NCBI GenBank assembly: GCA_963825385.1
Contig: CAWGSX010000003.1
Coordinates: 1,356,088 to 1,420,087 of the forward strand
DNA: 64,000 bases
Source of the DNA: an uncultured Pseudomonadota bacterium
GTDB taxonomy: Bacteria; Pseudomonadota; Gammaproteobacteria; Steroidobacterales; Steroidobacteraceae
Direction of reading: 5' to 3'
Positions 9,426 through 18,992 of the stretch are shown here, one piece after another. The notes beneath the pieces were generated by a model. The model saw only the letters and a list, made by a program, of their open reading frames with translations. It did no database searches and was not told the origin of the DNA. A program made the position numbers and the translations under genes. Within the stretch, counting starts at the first letter, position 1; each line of letters starts with the position of its first letter.

Positions 9426-10907
9426 ATGGGATCCTCTCATGTGGCGCTTTACGGGGTGCAGAGGTTTGGGAATCCTGTGCCCCAGGCGCCGTTGAACCGC
9501 GGGTTGTCCTTGCATACGTCCGCTTCCGAGACCGAGATCGGTCCCACGGGTCTGCGTCGCACGCTGCGGGCCCGTCACATGCGCATGATCGCCCTCGGCG
9601 GGGTGATCGGCGCCGGGCTCTTTGTCGGCAGCGGCGTCGTCGTCCAGGCCACAGGGCCGGCCGCGGTCGTCTCCTTCGCCCTGACCGGGGCGCTGGTCGT
9701 CTTGGTGATGCGCATGCTCGGGGAGATGGCCTCCGCCTATCCGGCGGTCGGCGGCTTCTACGAGTACAACCGGCTCGCGCTCGGCGAACTCGCCGGCTTC
9801 ATGACCGGCTGGATGTACTGGTACTTCTGGATCATCGTGGTGGCGCTGGAGGCGGTGGCCGGCGCGCGGCTGCTGCTGTTCTGGTACCCGCACGTTGCCC
9901 CTTGGGCATTCACCCTCGGGCTCATGACCCTGTTTACGCTCCTGAACCTGCTCTCGGTGCGCTCCTGGGGCGAGGCGGAGTACTGGTTCGCGATGATCAA
10001 GGTGGCAGCCATCACGCTCTTTCTCGGCATCGGTGCCCTGGTCATCGCCGGGCTGTGGCCGCACCATGCCGGCGGCTTTGCCAACCTCACCGCCCACGGC
10101 GGCTTCATGCCGCGTGGCTGGGGGCCGGTGCTCACCGGCGCGGTGGCGGCCACGGGGTTCTACTTCGGCTCCGAGATCGTCACGGTCGCCGCCGCCGAGT
10201 CGCCCGAGCCGCAGCGCGCCGTGGCGCAGGCCACCCAGTCGGTGGTCTCGCGGGTGCTGATCTTTTACGTGGGCTCGATCCTGGTCGTGGTGACGCTCAT
10301 CCCCTGGACGGACCCGCGCATGGCGCAGCCCTACGTGTCGGCCCTGGGCGAGGTCGGTATCCCGGGGGCCGCGCAGATCATGAACGGCGTCATCCTGACG
10401 GCGGTACTGTCCGCGCTCAACAGCGGCCTGTTCGCCTCCTCGCGCATGGTGATGGCGCTCGCGACGCGCGGCGATGCGCCGGCGGGACTTGCGCGCCTGA
10501 ACACCCGCGGGGTGCCGGTGCGCGCGATCCTCCTGAGCACCGCCTTCGGCTACGCGGCGGTCGTCATGAACTATGTCTCGCCTGAGCACGTATTCGCCTT
10601 TCTCGTCGACTCCTACGGCACCGTCGCGATATTCGTCTACCTCCTGATCGCGCTCGCGGAGCTGCGCCTGCGCCGGCGGCTCGAGCGCGAAGCCCCGCAG
10701 CGACTGCGGGTACGCATGTGGCTGTACCCCTGGCTCACCGTGCTCGCCATCGGGATGATGCTGGCGATCGTCGCGGCCATGGCATTCATTCCCGATCAGC
10801 GCTACCCGCTTCTCTTCGGCCTGGTGAGTGCGTCGGTGATGCTGGCCGCCTACGCGATCCGCCGCAGCTTCGGCACCGCGCGGGCGAGCGTGCCCGGGCG
10901 CGCCTAG
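9426..10907 (+). CDS. Amino acid permease, APC superfamily (possible taurine/amino-sulfonate or amino acid importer)
   Basis: RHMRMIALGGVIGAGLFVGSGVVVQATGPAAVVSFALTGALVVLVMRMLGEMA is the AAT-family signature region. About 12 hydrophobic segments. The start is uncertain (ATG 9426). Confidence 0.85.
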   Translation: MGSSHVALYGVQRFGNPVPQAPLNRGLSLHTSASETEIGPTGLRRTLRARHMRMIALGGVIGAGLFVGSGVVVQATGPAAVVSFALTGALVVLVMRMLGEMASAYPAVGGFYEYNRLALGELAGFMTGWMYWYFWIIVVALEAVAGARLLLFWYPHVAPWAFTLGLMTLFTLLNLLSVRSWGEAEYWFAMIKVAAITLFLGIGALVIAGLWPHHAGGFANLTAHGGFMPRGWGPVLTGAVAATGFYFGSEIVTVAAAESPEPQRAVAQATQSVVSRVLIFYVGSILVVVTLIPWTDPRMAQPYVSALGEVGIPGAAQIMNGVILTAVLSALNSGLFASSRMVMALATRGDAPAGLARLNTRGVPVRAILLSTAFGYAAVVMNYVSPEHVFAFLVDSYGTVAIFVYLLIALAELRLRRRLEREAPQRLRVRMWLYPWLTVLAIGMMLAIVAAMAFIPDQRYPLLFGLVSASVMLAAYAIRRSFGTARASVPGRA

Positions 10908-12412
10908 CGCGGCCGCTGCCGCTCGAGCAACACCCCGAGCCGGCGGATGCCCTCGCCGATCGCATCGGCGGCGATCGAGGAAAAGCCCAGCCGGAAGTAA
11001 TTGAGCGGGGGCTTGTCGCCGGCGAAGTGCACATCTCCTGGCTCGATCAGTACCCGCTCGGTGCGTGCGTCCGCGGCGAGACTTTGGGCATCGAGCCAGG
11101 GGGGTCCTTTGAGCCAGAACGATGAGCCGCCGGTTACGGGCGGGTGCTCGACCCCGGGGAGGTGGCGGGCGAGGGCCTGCTCCATGACCGCGGCACGCTC
11201 GCGATACGCGCCGGCGAGGCGGCGGTTGAAGGCGTCGTAGTACCCCAGGGCCAGGAACTGCGCGAAGCTGCGTTCGATGAAGGCGTTGGGGTGACGGATC
11301 ATCAGGCGGCGCAGGGCGCGCAGCTCGCCGATGAGCAGCGGCGGCGCGACGATGTAGCCGAGGCGCAGCCCCGGGGCCAGCGACTTGGACAGGCTGCCCA
11401 CGTAGATCACGCGGTTGCTGCGGTCGAGGCTCTTGAGAGCCGGGTTGGGAAGGCCGGAGAAGCTGACCTCGGTCTCGTAGTCGTCCTCGATGATGAGGAA
11501 GTCATCCAGCTCGGACTGGCGCAGGAGTTCCACGCGGCGCTCAATGGGCATGGTCACGGTGGTCGGTGACTGGTGACTGGGTGTGGCGTAGACGAAGTGG
11601 CAGCCACGCAGTGCCGCGCCCACCACGAGGCCCTGCTCATCGAGTGCCAGGGGCCGCAGGCGCGCCGTGCGCCGCGCGAAGATATGCCGCGCATCGGGGT
11701 AGCCCGGGTTCTCGATGCCGATCTCGGTGTGCGCATCGGCCAGCAGGTCGGCGAGCAGGTAGAGGGCCTGCTGCGCGCCGATGGTGACGAGGATCTCCGC
11801 CGCGCTCGCCCAGATTCCGCGCAGCGGCAGCACTTTGTCGCGGATCTGCTCGATGAGCGCGGGGTCATCGCGGCTGAAGCGGTCCTGGGCCCAGTCGAGC
11901 GCATCGGCGCCCAGGAGCACCTGCTGACAGCTCGCGCGCCATTCGGCGGCCGGGAACAGCTTGCGATCCAGCTGTCCGTAGATGAACGGGAAGTCGTACT
12001 GCTCCCAGTCCGGGGGCTTGGAGATGTGCCGCTGCAGCGAGGGGCGCAGCCTGATGCGGCCCGCCCAGTCCGGCTCACTCGCCGCCGCCGTCGGCGCGGT
12101 GAGCGGACGGGGTCGCGGCGCGATCAGCGCCGGGTTCGGATAGTAGCCCTGACGGCGGCGCGCGATCAGGTAGCCGTCATCGGCGAGCTGCTGGTAGACG
12201 ATGACGACGGTGTTGCGGGCGACGCGCAGCTGCCCGGCGAGGGCGCGGCTCGAGGGCAGCGGCTGCTGCGCGGGGAGGCTGCCGGCGCCGATGGCGGCGA
12301 TGAGCTGGGCGCGCAGTTGCGCCTGCAGCGTGAGCGCCGAGTCCGGCTGCAGCTTCAGCAGCTGCCGCCACAGCACCTGAGTACGTCGCCGTCCTCCGCT
12401 CACGGTCTCCAC
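10904..12412 (-). CDS. MocR/GntR-family regulator with aminotransferase-like domain (candidate TauR)
   Basis: N-terminal GntR wHTH (LPSSRALAGQLRVARNTVVIVYQQLADDGYL) plus a class-I aminotransferase fold with the SLSKSLAPGLRLGY PLP-lysine region. It lies directly downstream of the taurine operon. Confidence 0.85.
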   Translation of the reverse strand: METVSGGRRRTQVLWRQLLKLQPDSALTLQAQLRAQLIAAIGAGSLPAQQPLPSSRALAGQLRVARNTVVIVYQQLADDGYLIARRRQGYYPNPALIAPRPRPLTAPTAAASEPDWAGRIRLRPSLQRHISKPPDWEQYDFPFIYGQLDRKLFPAAEWRASCQQVLLGADALDWAQDRFSRDDPALIEQIRDKVLPLRGIWASAAEILVTIGAQQALYLLADLLADAHTEIGIENPGYPDARHIFARRTARLRPLALDEQGLVVGAALRGCHFVYATPSHQSPTTVTMPIERRVELLRQSELDDFLIIEDDYETEVSFSGLPNPALKSLDRSNRVIYVGSLSKSLAPGLRLGYIVAPPLLIGELRALRRLMIRHPNAFIERSFAQFLALGYYDAFNRRLAGAYRERAAVMEQALARHLPGVEHPPVTGGSSFWLKGPPWLDAQSLAADARTERVLIEPGDVHFAGDKPPLNYFRLGFSSIAADAIGEGIRRLGVLLERQRPR

Positions 12413-12521
12413 CCCGGTATGGGACGCCGGCGAATTGCGCGCAGCCTCGGCCGGCGGGTCCGGCGCGAGTACGCGCTACGATATCACGCCGCGCGCGCTG
12501 CCGCGGGCTGGCGGCGCGCGC

Positions 12522-13571
12522 TCAGCGCCCCCAGAGCGTCACCACATGGTTGATGGTGGCGCCTCCGATCACCAGCCATGCGAACAGCAGCACCGCGAGC
12601 ATCAGGGGACGGCCGCCCGCGCGCCTGAGCGTGCCGAAGTGGGTCGCAAGCCCGAGCGCTCCCATCGCCATGGCGAGCAGGAACGTGTCGAGACGGTTGA
12701 GGCGAGCAACCAGCGCCGCGCTCAGCCAGCCGCAGGAGTTGAGGAGCACCACGGCGATGAAGGCGAAGGCAAACGGCGGCACGCGCGCCGCGGAGCCGCT
12801 ATGGCCCGCGCCGGGCTCATGCAGCCGCCGCGCGCGCAGCCACGCCGCGAGCACCACGAGAAAGGGCGCGAGCATCAGCACGCGCACCATCTTGGCGATC
12901 ACCGCGGTGCTGGCGGCGTCCGCACCAACCTGCCGGCTGGCCGCCACCACCTGCGCGACCTCGTGCACGGTCGAGCCGATATAGATCCCGAAGCCGGCCT
13001 CACCTCCGGGGATCACCTGCCAGAGCGTGTTGAGATCCTCGAGCAGGGGGTAGAGGAAGATCGAGGCGGTGCCGAGGATGACGACGCCGGCTATGGCGAC
13101 ACTCACCTGCTCGGCCTTGCCGCGCACCACCGGCTCGGTGGCGAGAACCGCGGCGGCGCCGCAGATGGCGCTGCCGGCGCCCACCAGCATGGCCGTCGGC
13201 CCATCCAGGCGCAGCAGCCGCGTACCCACCTGGTAGGCGATGACGAAGGTGGTTACCACCATCAGCAGATCGATCACGACGCCGGCCCAGCCGACGTGGC
13301 GGATGTCCTGCAGCGTGAGCCGAAAGCCATACAGCACCACGGCGAGCCGCAGGATGCTCTGGCGCGAGAGCATCACCCCAGCCCCCGTCCACGGTGCGAT
13401 ACGGGGATACAGCGTGTTGCCGAGGAGCATCCCGGCCACGATCGCCACCGTGAGTGCGCTCAGGCCGTGCGCCTGCACTGCCGGGAAGTCCGCGAGCCAC
13501 ACAGCCACAGCGCCGATCGCGCCACTCAGCAGCAGCCCCGGCGCGAGGCGCAGTCCGTAGCGGCGGCTCAT
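12522..13571 (-). CDS. YeiH/UPF0324 (putative sulfate/sulfite exporter, TauZ-like) membrane protein
   Basis: Polytopic membrane protein. SILRLAVVLYGFRLTLQDI and GAGSAICGAAAVLATEPV are typical of the YeiH family. Its start overlaps the ackA stop as ATGA. Confidence 0.8.
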   Translation of the reverse strand: MSRRYGLRLAPGLLLSGAIGAVAVWLADFPAVQAHGLSALTVAIVAGMLLGNTLYPRIAPWTGAGVMLSRQSILRLAVVLYGFRLTLQDIRHVGWAGVVIDLLMVVTTFVIAYQVGTRLLRLDGPTAMLVGAGSAICGAAAVLATEPVVRGKAEQVSVAIAGVVILGTASIFLYPLLEDLNTLWQVIPGGEAGFGIYIGSTVHEVAQVVAASRQVGADAASTAVIAKMVRVLMLAPFLVVLAAWLRARRLHEPGAGHSGSAARVPPFAFAFIAVVLLNSCGWLSAALVARLNRLDTFLLAMAMGALGLATHFGTLRRAGGRPLMLAVLLFAWLVIGGATINHVVTLWGR

Positions 13572-14734
13572 CAGGTCCGGTCGAGCAGCGCGTGCACGTG
13601 GCGCAGGATGGTGCGCTCCTCATCTGCCGGCACCACCCACACCGCGCAGCGCGAGCGCGCGGTGCTGATCTGCTCGCCGTGGGCAGCATTAGCATCTGCA
13701 TCGACCTCGATGCCGAGCCAGGCCAGGTGCGCGAGGATGCGCGCGCGCACCGCGGCGCTGTGCGCGCCGATGCCGCCGCTGAAGGCTATTGAGTCGACGC
13801 CGCCCAGGGCCGGCACCAGGGAGCCGGCGTGTCGCGCGGCCCAGTAGCAGAAGTGCTCGATCGCGAAGCGGCAGGCGACCTCGTCGCGCTGCTCGAGCTC
13901 GCGCATGTCGGAGCTCACGCCCGAGAGCGCCAGCAGGCCCGAGCCGCGGTACAAGAGCGTCTCGAGCGCATCCAGTGACAGCCCCTCCTTGCGCTGCAGC
14001 GCCAGAAGGACCCCCGGATCGATGGCGCCACAGCGCGTGCCCATGACGAGGCCATCGAGGGTCGAATACCCCATGGTGGTCGCGACGCTGCGGCCGTCGC
14101 GGACCGCGCACGCGCTGCAGCCATTGCCCAGATGGAAGATGACGAGCCGCGCCGTCGCCGCCGTGCCGTGGCGCGCGGCGAGCGCTGCGGTGACGTGCTC
14201 GAAGTTCAGGCCATGGAATCCGAAGCGGCGGTAGCCGGCACGGTCGAGCGCGGCGGGCAGCGCGTAGCGGGTGGCGACCTCGGGTACGGTGGCATGGAAG
14301 GCGGTATCAAAGCAGGCGACCTGCGGCATCTGCGGGGCGGCCTCCCGCATCGCCTCGATGGCGTCCAGCCCGAAACCGTTGTGGAGCGGGGCGAGCTCAC
14401 GCAGCTCGTTGATCGCAGCCAGGCGCGCCGCGTCGATGAGGGTGGGTGCGACGAAGCGTGTGCCGCCGTGCACCAGGCGATGGCCGCACGCGGCGAGCTC
14501 GTCCGTGCCGATGCCACGCTCGCGCAGCGCCGCGAGGATGCGGGCCAGGGCGGCGCCATGGCGCGTGCCGGCGGGCAGCTGTTCCTGTGTCTGCCCGCAC
14601 ACGAAGCGCGGATGCGCGCCGATGCCCTCCACCTGGCCGTCGCAGCGCCGCTCGGTGCCGGCAAAAAGCGCGAACTTCAGAGACGAGGAGCCCGCGTTGA
14701 GCACCAGCACGCCGCGTCGGTCGGCGGCGGTCAT
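13571..14734 (-). CDS. ackA: Acetate kinase
   Basis: VLVLNAGSSSLKFALF, HRLVHGG, FDTAFH, YRRFGFHG, HLGNGCS and GTRCGAIDPG are all acetate/propionate kinase motifs. The ATG at 14734 overlaps the xsc stop (ATGA). The upstream 116 aa of the track ORF overlap xsc and were rejected. Confidence 0.9.
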   Translation of the reverse strand: MTAADRRGVLVLNAGSSSLKFALFAGTERRCDGQVEGIGAHPRFVCGQTQEQLPAGTRHGAALARILAALRERGIGTDELAACGHRLVHGGTRFVAPTLIDAARLAAINELRELAPLHNGFGLDAIEAMREAAPQMPQVACFDTAFHATVPEVATRYALPAALDRAGYRRFGFHGLNFEHVTAALAARHGTAATARLVIFHLGNGCSACAVRDGRSVATTMGYSTLDGLVMGTRCGAIDPGVLLALQRKEGLSLDALETLLYRGSGLLALSGVSSDMRELEQRDEVACRFAIEHFCYWAARHAGSLVPALGGVDSIAFSGGIGAHSAAVRARILAHLAWLGIEVDADANAAHGEQISTARSRCAVWVVPADEERTILRHVHALLDRT

Positions 14735-16506
14735 GCAGGCTTTTGCGGCCGCATGTCCTCGCTGCGGATACCGGCAACCACCACGGGCTTCTTCATGGCG
14801 TCGCGGCGGAACGGCTCGCCGAGCTCCTGGTTCAGGATGACCTCGATGAAGGTCGTGACGTTGTCGGCTTGCGCGGCGCACGCCGTCTTCAGAGCCTGGG
14901 TGAGCTCGGCCGGGGTGCGCACGGTGACGCCGCGATGGCCGCAGCCTTCGGCGACCTTCGCGTAGCTGAGGTTCGGGTCCAGTTCGGTGCCGACGAAGTT
15001 GTTGTCGTACCAGAGGATCGAGTTGCGCTTCTCTGCGCCCCACTGGTAATTGCGGAAAATGACCATGGTGACATGCGGCCACTCGTTGCGGCCGATCGAG
15101 CTCATCTCGTTCATCGAGATCCCGAAGGCGCCATCACCGGCGAAGCCGACGACCGGCGTACCGGGGTTGCCGATCTTGGCGCCGATGATCGAGGGGAAGC
15201 CGTAGCCGCACGGCCCGAACAGCCCCGGGGCCAGATACTGGCGGCCCTTGGGGAACATCGGATAGGCATTGCCGATCGCGCAGTTGTTGCCGATGTCACT
15301 GGAGATGATGGCCTCGCGCGGCAGCGCCGCCATGATCGCGCGCCACGCCTGGCGCGGGGACATGTGCCTGGGCTCGCGGGCACGGCAGTCGGCATTCCAG
15401 TCCGTGCCCGGGTCGTCGTCCTCGTGGTCGAGCGTCTGCAGCGCATCCGCCCAGCTGCGCTTGCGGGCGTCGATCCTGCGGCGCCGCTCGGCGCGGCCGG
15501 CATCGCCGGCCTGCGGGTCGAGCTGAGTGAGGATCTGCGCGGCCACTTGCCTCGCGTCGCCGCAGATCGCCACCGCCACGGGCTTGGTGAGGCCGATGCG
15601 GTCGGCGTTGATGTCGACCTGGATGACGGCCGCCGACTTCGGCCAGTAGTCGAGCCCGTAGCAGGGCAGCGTCGAGAAGGGATTCAGGCGCGTGCCGAGC
15701 GCGAGGACCACGTCGGCCTCGGCGATCAGCTCCATGGCCGCACGCGAGCCGTTGTAGCCGAGCGGGCCGGCCGCCAGGGGATGCTCGCCCGGGAAGGAAT
15801 CGTTGTGCTGGTAATTGTTGCAGACCGGCGCATCGAGCCGCTCGGCGAGGGCGACGCACTCGGGGATGGCGTTGCCGAGCACCACCCCGGCGCCGGAGAG
15901 GATCACCGGGAACCTGGCCTGGGACAGCAGGCGCGCGGCTTCGGCGATGGCTTTTGCGCCGCCGGCGGGACGCTCGAACTCGATCGCCGTCGGCAGCGGC
16001 ACATCGATCACCTGCGTCCAGAAGTCGCGCGGGATGTTGATCTGCGCCGGGGCCGAGAGGCGCTTGGCCTTGCCGATGACGCGGTTCAGGACTTCGGGCA
16101 CCCGCGTCGCGTCGCGCACCTCTTCCTGGTAGGCGACGATGTCACGGAACAGGGCCATCTGCTCGAGCTCCTGAAAGCCGCCCTGGCCGATGGTGCGGTT
16201 CGCCGCCTGTGGCGTCACGAGCAGCATCGGAGTGTGATTCCAGTAGGCGGTCTTCACCGCGGTCACAAAGCCGGTGATGCCCGGACCGTTCTGCGCGATC
16301 GCCATGGCGATCTTGCCGGTCGAGCGCGTGAAGCCGTCGCAGATGAGGCCGCCGTTGGTCTCGTGTGCCACGTCCCAGAACCGGATCCCCGCCTTGGGGA
16401 ACAGATCCGAGATCGGCATGAATGCCGAGCCGATGATGCCGAAGGCATTCTCGATGCCGTGCTGCTGCAGGACCTTGACGAAGGCCTCTTCCGTGGTCAT
16501 TTTCAT
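14731..16506 (-). CDS. xsc: Sulfoacetaldehyde acetyltransferase (ThDP-dependent)
   Basis: The N-terminus MKMTTEEAFVKVLQQHGIENAFGIIGSAFMPISDLFPKAGIRFWDVAHETN is close to characterised Xsc proteins as I recall them. ThDP motif GDGAFG..NE. Operon context with tpa. Confidence 0.9.
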   Translation of the reverse strand: MKMTTEEAFVKVLQQHGIENAFGIIGSAFMPISDLFPKAGIRFWDVAHETNGGLICDGFTRSTGKIAMAIAQNGPGITGFVTAVKTAYWNHTPMLLVTPQAANRTIGQGGFQELEQMALFRDIVAYQEEVRDATRVPEVLNRVIGKAKRLSAPAQINIPRDFWTQVIDVPLPTAIEFERPAGGAKAIAEAARLLSQARFPVILSGAGVVLGNAIPECVALAERLDAPVCNNYQHNDSFPGEHPLAAGPLGYNGSRAAMELIAEADVVLALGTRLNPFSTLPCYGLDYWPKSAAVIQVDINADRIGLTKPVAVAICGDARQVAAQILTQLDPQAGDAGRAERRRRIDARKRSWADALQTLDHEDDDPGTDWNADCRAREPRHMSPRQAWRAIMAALPREAIISSDIGNNCAIGNAYPMFPKGRQYLAPGLFGPCGYGFPSIIGAKIGNPGTPVVGFAGDGAFGISMNEMSSIGRNEWPHVTMVIFRNYQWGAEKRNSILWYDNNFVGTELDPNLSYAKVAEGCGHRGVTVRTPAELTQALKTACAAQADNVTTFIEVILNQELGEPFRRDAMKKPVVVAGIRSEDMRPQKPA

Positions 16507-16524
16507 GGTACGTCTCCGCCAACC

Positions 16525-17919
16525 TCAGGCGCCGTGGCTGCCGCAGACCTTGGCCAGGGCGCGGTCCATGGCCGCGGTGATCTGGTCGATCTCGGCGGGC
16601 GTGGCGATCAGGGCCGGGCTCAGGCACAGCGTGTTGTTGAAGCGCTGGAAGGAGCGGTTGGTGGCGCCGATGATCACGCCCTGGGCGAGGCACTCGGCCA
16701 CCACCGCCTGCACCTTCTTCTCGTCGAGCGGCTCGCGCGAGGCGCGGTCGCACACCAGCTCCGCGCCGCAGAACAGTCCGAGCCCGCGCACATCCCCGAT
16801 GACGGCGTGCCGCTGCTGCAGCTCGCGCAGGTTGCGCAGCAGCCGCTCTCCCATCACCTGGGTGTTGGCTAGCAGGTTCTCGTCCTCGATGATGCGCATG
16901 TTCTCCAGTGCCGCCGCCGGGCCCGAGGCACAGCCGCCGAATGTGGAGATGTCACGGAAGTAGGACAGCGGATCGGCCGGATCGTCCTTGAACAGGTCGA
17001 ACACCGCTTCCGTGGTCACGGCGCAGGAGATCGCCGCATAGCCTGAGGCAACTCCCTTGGCCATGGTGACGAAGTCCGGCTTGATGCCGTAGTGCTGATA
17101 GCCGAACCACTTGCCGGTGCGGCCCATGCCGCAGACCACCTCATCGAGGTGCAGGAGGATGCCGTGGCGACGGCAGATCTCCTGGACGCGCTCCCAGTAG
17201 CCCTGCGGCGGGGTGATGACGCCGCCGCCGGCGGTGACCGGCTCGAGGCAGATTGCGCCGATGGTGTCCGCGCCCTCGCGCTGGATGACTTCCTCGATCG
17301 CGTCGGCGGCACGCTCACCGTAGTTTGACACCTGGCCGTACTGGCTGCGGTACTCCAGGCAATGCGGCACCTCGACGAAGCCGGGCACGGCGGGGCCGTA
17401 CTGGGCGCTGCGCTGCGGCTGCCCGCTCGCCGACAGGGTCGCAAGCGTGGTGCCGTGGTAGTCGCGCTCGCGGAAGAGGATCTTGTACTTGCGGCCGCCG
17501 TGGTGACGGTGAGCGATCTGGCGCACCATCTTGAAGACCTTCTCGTTCGCCTCCGAGCCGGTGTTGGCGTAATAGACCCGGTTGAGGCCGGGCATCTTGC
17601 TGATCAGGCGCTCGGCGAACAGCGCCCCCGGCACCGAGCCGGCGGAGTTCGCGAAGTAGTTCATCCGCATCAGCTGGTCGCGCACCGCCTCGGCAATGCT
17701 CTGGCGACCGTAGCCGACGTTCACCGTCCAGACGCCGCCGGAAACGGCATCGAGGTATTCCTTGCCGGTGGCGTCCCACACGCGCATGCCGCGGCCTTCG
17801 ACGAAGATGCGCGGGTCCTGACTCTCGAAGGGCTGGTGCTGGGTGAGGTGATGCCACACATGCGCGCGGTCGGCATCGATCACGTGGCGCATGTCGTTCG
17901 GGCGAAGTTGCGCGTTCAT
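16525..17919 (-). CDS. tpa: Class-III aminotransferase, taurine--pyruvate aminotransferase candidate
   Basis: ATG at 17919 (MNAQLRPNDM...). Class III aminotransferase motifs are present (GSEANE, DEVVCGMGRTGKWF, TMAKG). It sits immediately upstream of xsc. Confidence 0.85.
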   Translation of the reverse strand: MNAQLRPNDMRHVIDADRAHVWHHLTQHQPFESQDPRIFVEGRGMRVWDATGKEYLDAVSGGVWTVNVGYGRQSIAEAVRDQLMRMNYFANSAGSVPGALFAERLISKMPGLNRVYYANTGSEANEKVFKMVRQIAHRHHGGRKYKILFRERDYHGTTLATLSASGQPQRSAQYGPAVPGFVEVPHCLEYRSQYGQVSNYGERAADAIEEVIQREGADTIGAICLEPVTAGGGVITPPQGYWERVQEICRRHGILLHLDEVVCGMGRTGKWFGYQHYGIKPDFVTMAKGVASGYAAISCAVTTEAVFDLFKDDPADPLSYFRDISTFGGCASGPAAALENMRIIEDENLLANTQVMGERLLRNLRELQQRHAVIGDVRGLGLFCGAELVCDRASREPLDEKKVQAVVAECLAQGVIIGATNRSFQRFNNTLCLSPALIATPAEIDQITAAMDRALAKVCGSHGA

Positions 17920-18090
17920 GGAAGCTGCTTCTCCAGGCTGTGCGGGCGGCAGGTAATTGGTAGCACGAACGGTCGGTGCGCCATAAGGGCCAGAATGGGG
18001 CCGCGTCTGGAACCAGACGTGCAATCAGGCACTTAGGCCAGTTCCGCGGTCCGTGCGGTAGCGGCCCGCGCCGGCTTTCGGCGCGAGGAT

Positions 18091-18876
18091 TCAGCGGAAG
18101 GTGATGCGCTGCGCAGGCGGGGTGCGGTAGGAGTCCGCGACGACCCAGGCGCTGGCCGTGAGCGCCCAGGAGATGAGGCATTCGCTCCATTGCGAGGCAT
18201 CCGCCGCGGCCGAGGCCACTGCCGGGATCCAGACGAGAAGGGTGAACAGTCCCATCATGACAGCTGCCAGTGCGGCAGCCGGCCGGGCCCGGGATCCGAC
18301 GAGCACGGCGATACCGGCTGCAACGTACGCCGCGCCGGTGAGATATACCCAGCTCACGTGCGCCGGCAGCCAGGCGGGCACGAGCGAGGCGGTCTGCGCA
18401 ACGTAGGCGAAGTGCGCAACCCCGAAGGCAATGAGGGCGAGGCCAAAGAGCGCCCGCGCGAGCCGCAAACCGCTCGCGCCGCTGAGGAGGCCCAGGACCT
18501 GGCGATCGCGGCCGGTGGCGAGCTGCGCATACAGAACCCATGCGGCCGCCAGGATCACCGCGGTCTCGCCGCAGCCTTCCCAGGTCACCGCGACCGTCGG
18601 TGCGTGCCAGATGACCGGCAGGCGGAACAGGACGAACCAGAGCACCAGGTAGAAGAACAGCACCCGCGCGGCGGCCGCGGCGGCGCGTGGCCACAGCAGG
18701 CCCAGGCCGCAGCCCGCCGCGATGAGGGCACACAGGTATGCCAGCGCCTCGCGGGCGCTCGCCCATTTGGGCACCGGCTCCCAGATGGCGCCGAAATCGC
18801 CCCGGATCAGGCCGATGATCCCCAGAGCGAGCAGCGTGACCGCAAAGACCCCCTGGCTGACACCCGTGGCACGCAT
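18091..18876 (-). CDS. DoxX-like integral membrane protein
   Basis: ATG at 18876. About 8 hydrophobic helices. Function unknown. It lies upstream of tpa on the same strand. Confidence 0.6.
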   Translation of the reverse strand: MRATGVSQGVFAVTLLALGIIGLIRGDFGAIWEPVPKWASAREALAYLCALIAAGCGLGLLWPRAAAAAARVLFFYLVLWFVLFRLPVIWHAPTVAVTWEGCGETAVILAAAWVLYAQLATGRDRQVLGLLSGASGLRLARALFGLALIAFGVAHFAYVAQTASLVPAWLPAHVSWVYLTGAAYVAAGIAVLVGSRARPAAALAAVMMGLFTLLVWIPAVASAAADASQWSECLISWALTASAWVVADSYRTPPAQRITFR

Positions 18877-18992
18877 CGTCTGACCTTCAAAGAGCGGATC
18901 GGCGGATCCGGTACCGGCACTCACTTGTACGCCACATACGGCGCGATGCAACTGCGCCCGGGCTGAGCCTCACGGTCACCGATGGCGCGTCC

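Noticed and set aside
9035-10589. 516-aa (+) and 426-aa (-) ORFs overlapping the amino acid permease
   Set aside because: The products are Arg/Pro/Gly/His-rich with no recognisable motifs. The third frame encodes a textbook APC permease.
14735-15082. N-terminal 116-aa extension of the acetate kinase ORF
   Set aside because: It overlaps the 3' end of xsc in another frame and the sequence is Arg/Pro-rich. The conserved kinase N-terminus (VLVLNAGSSSLKF) begins just after the ATG at 14734.
14743-16872. 709-aa plus-strand ORF across xsc and tpa
   Set aside because: It is antisense to two strongly supported enzymes. The composition is shadow-ORF-like (Arg/Ala/Gly/Asp).
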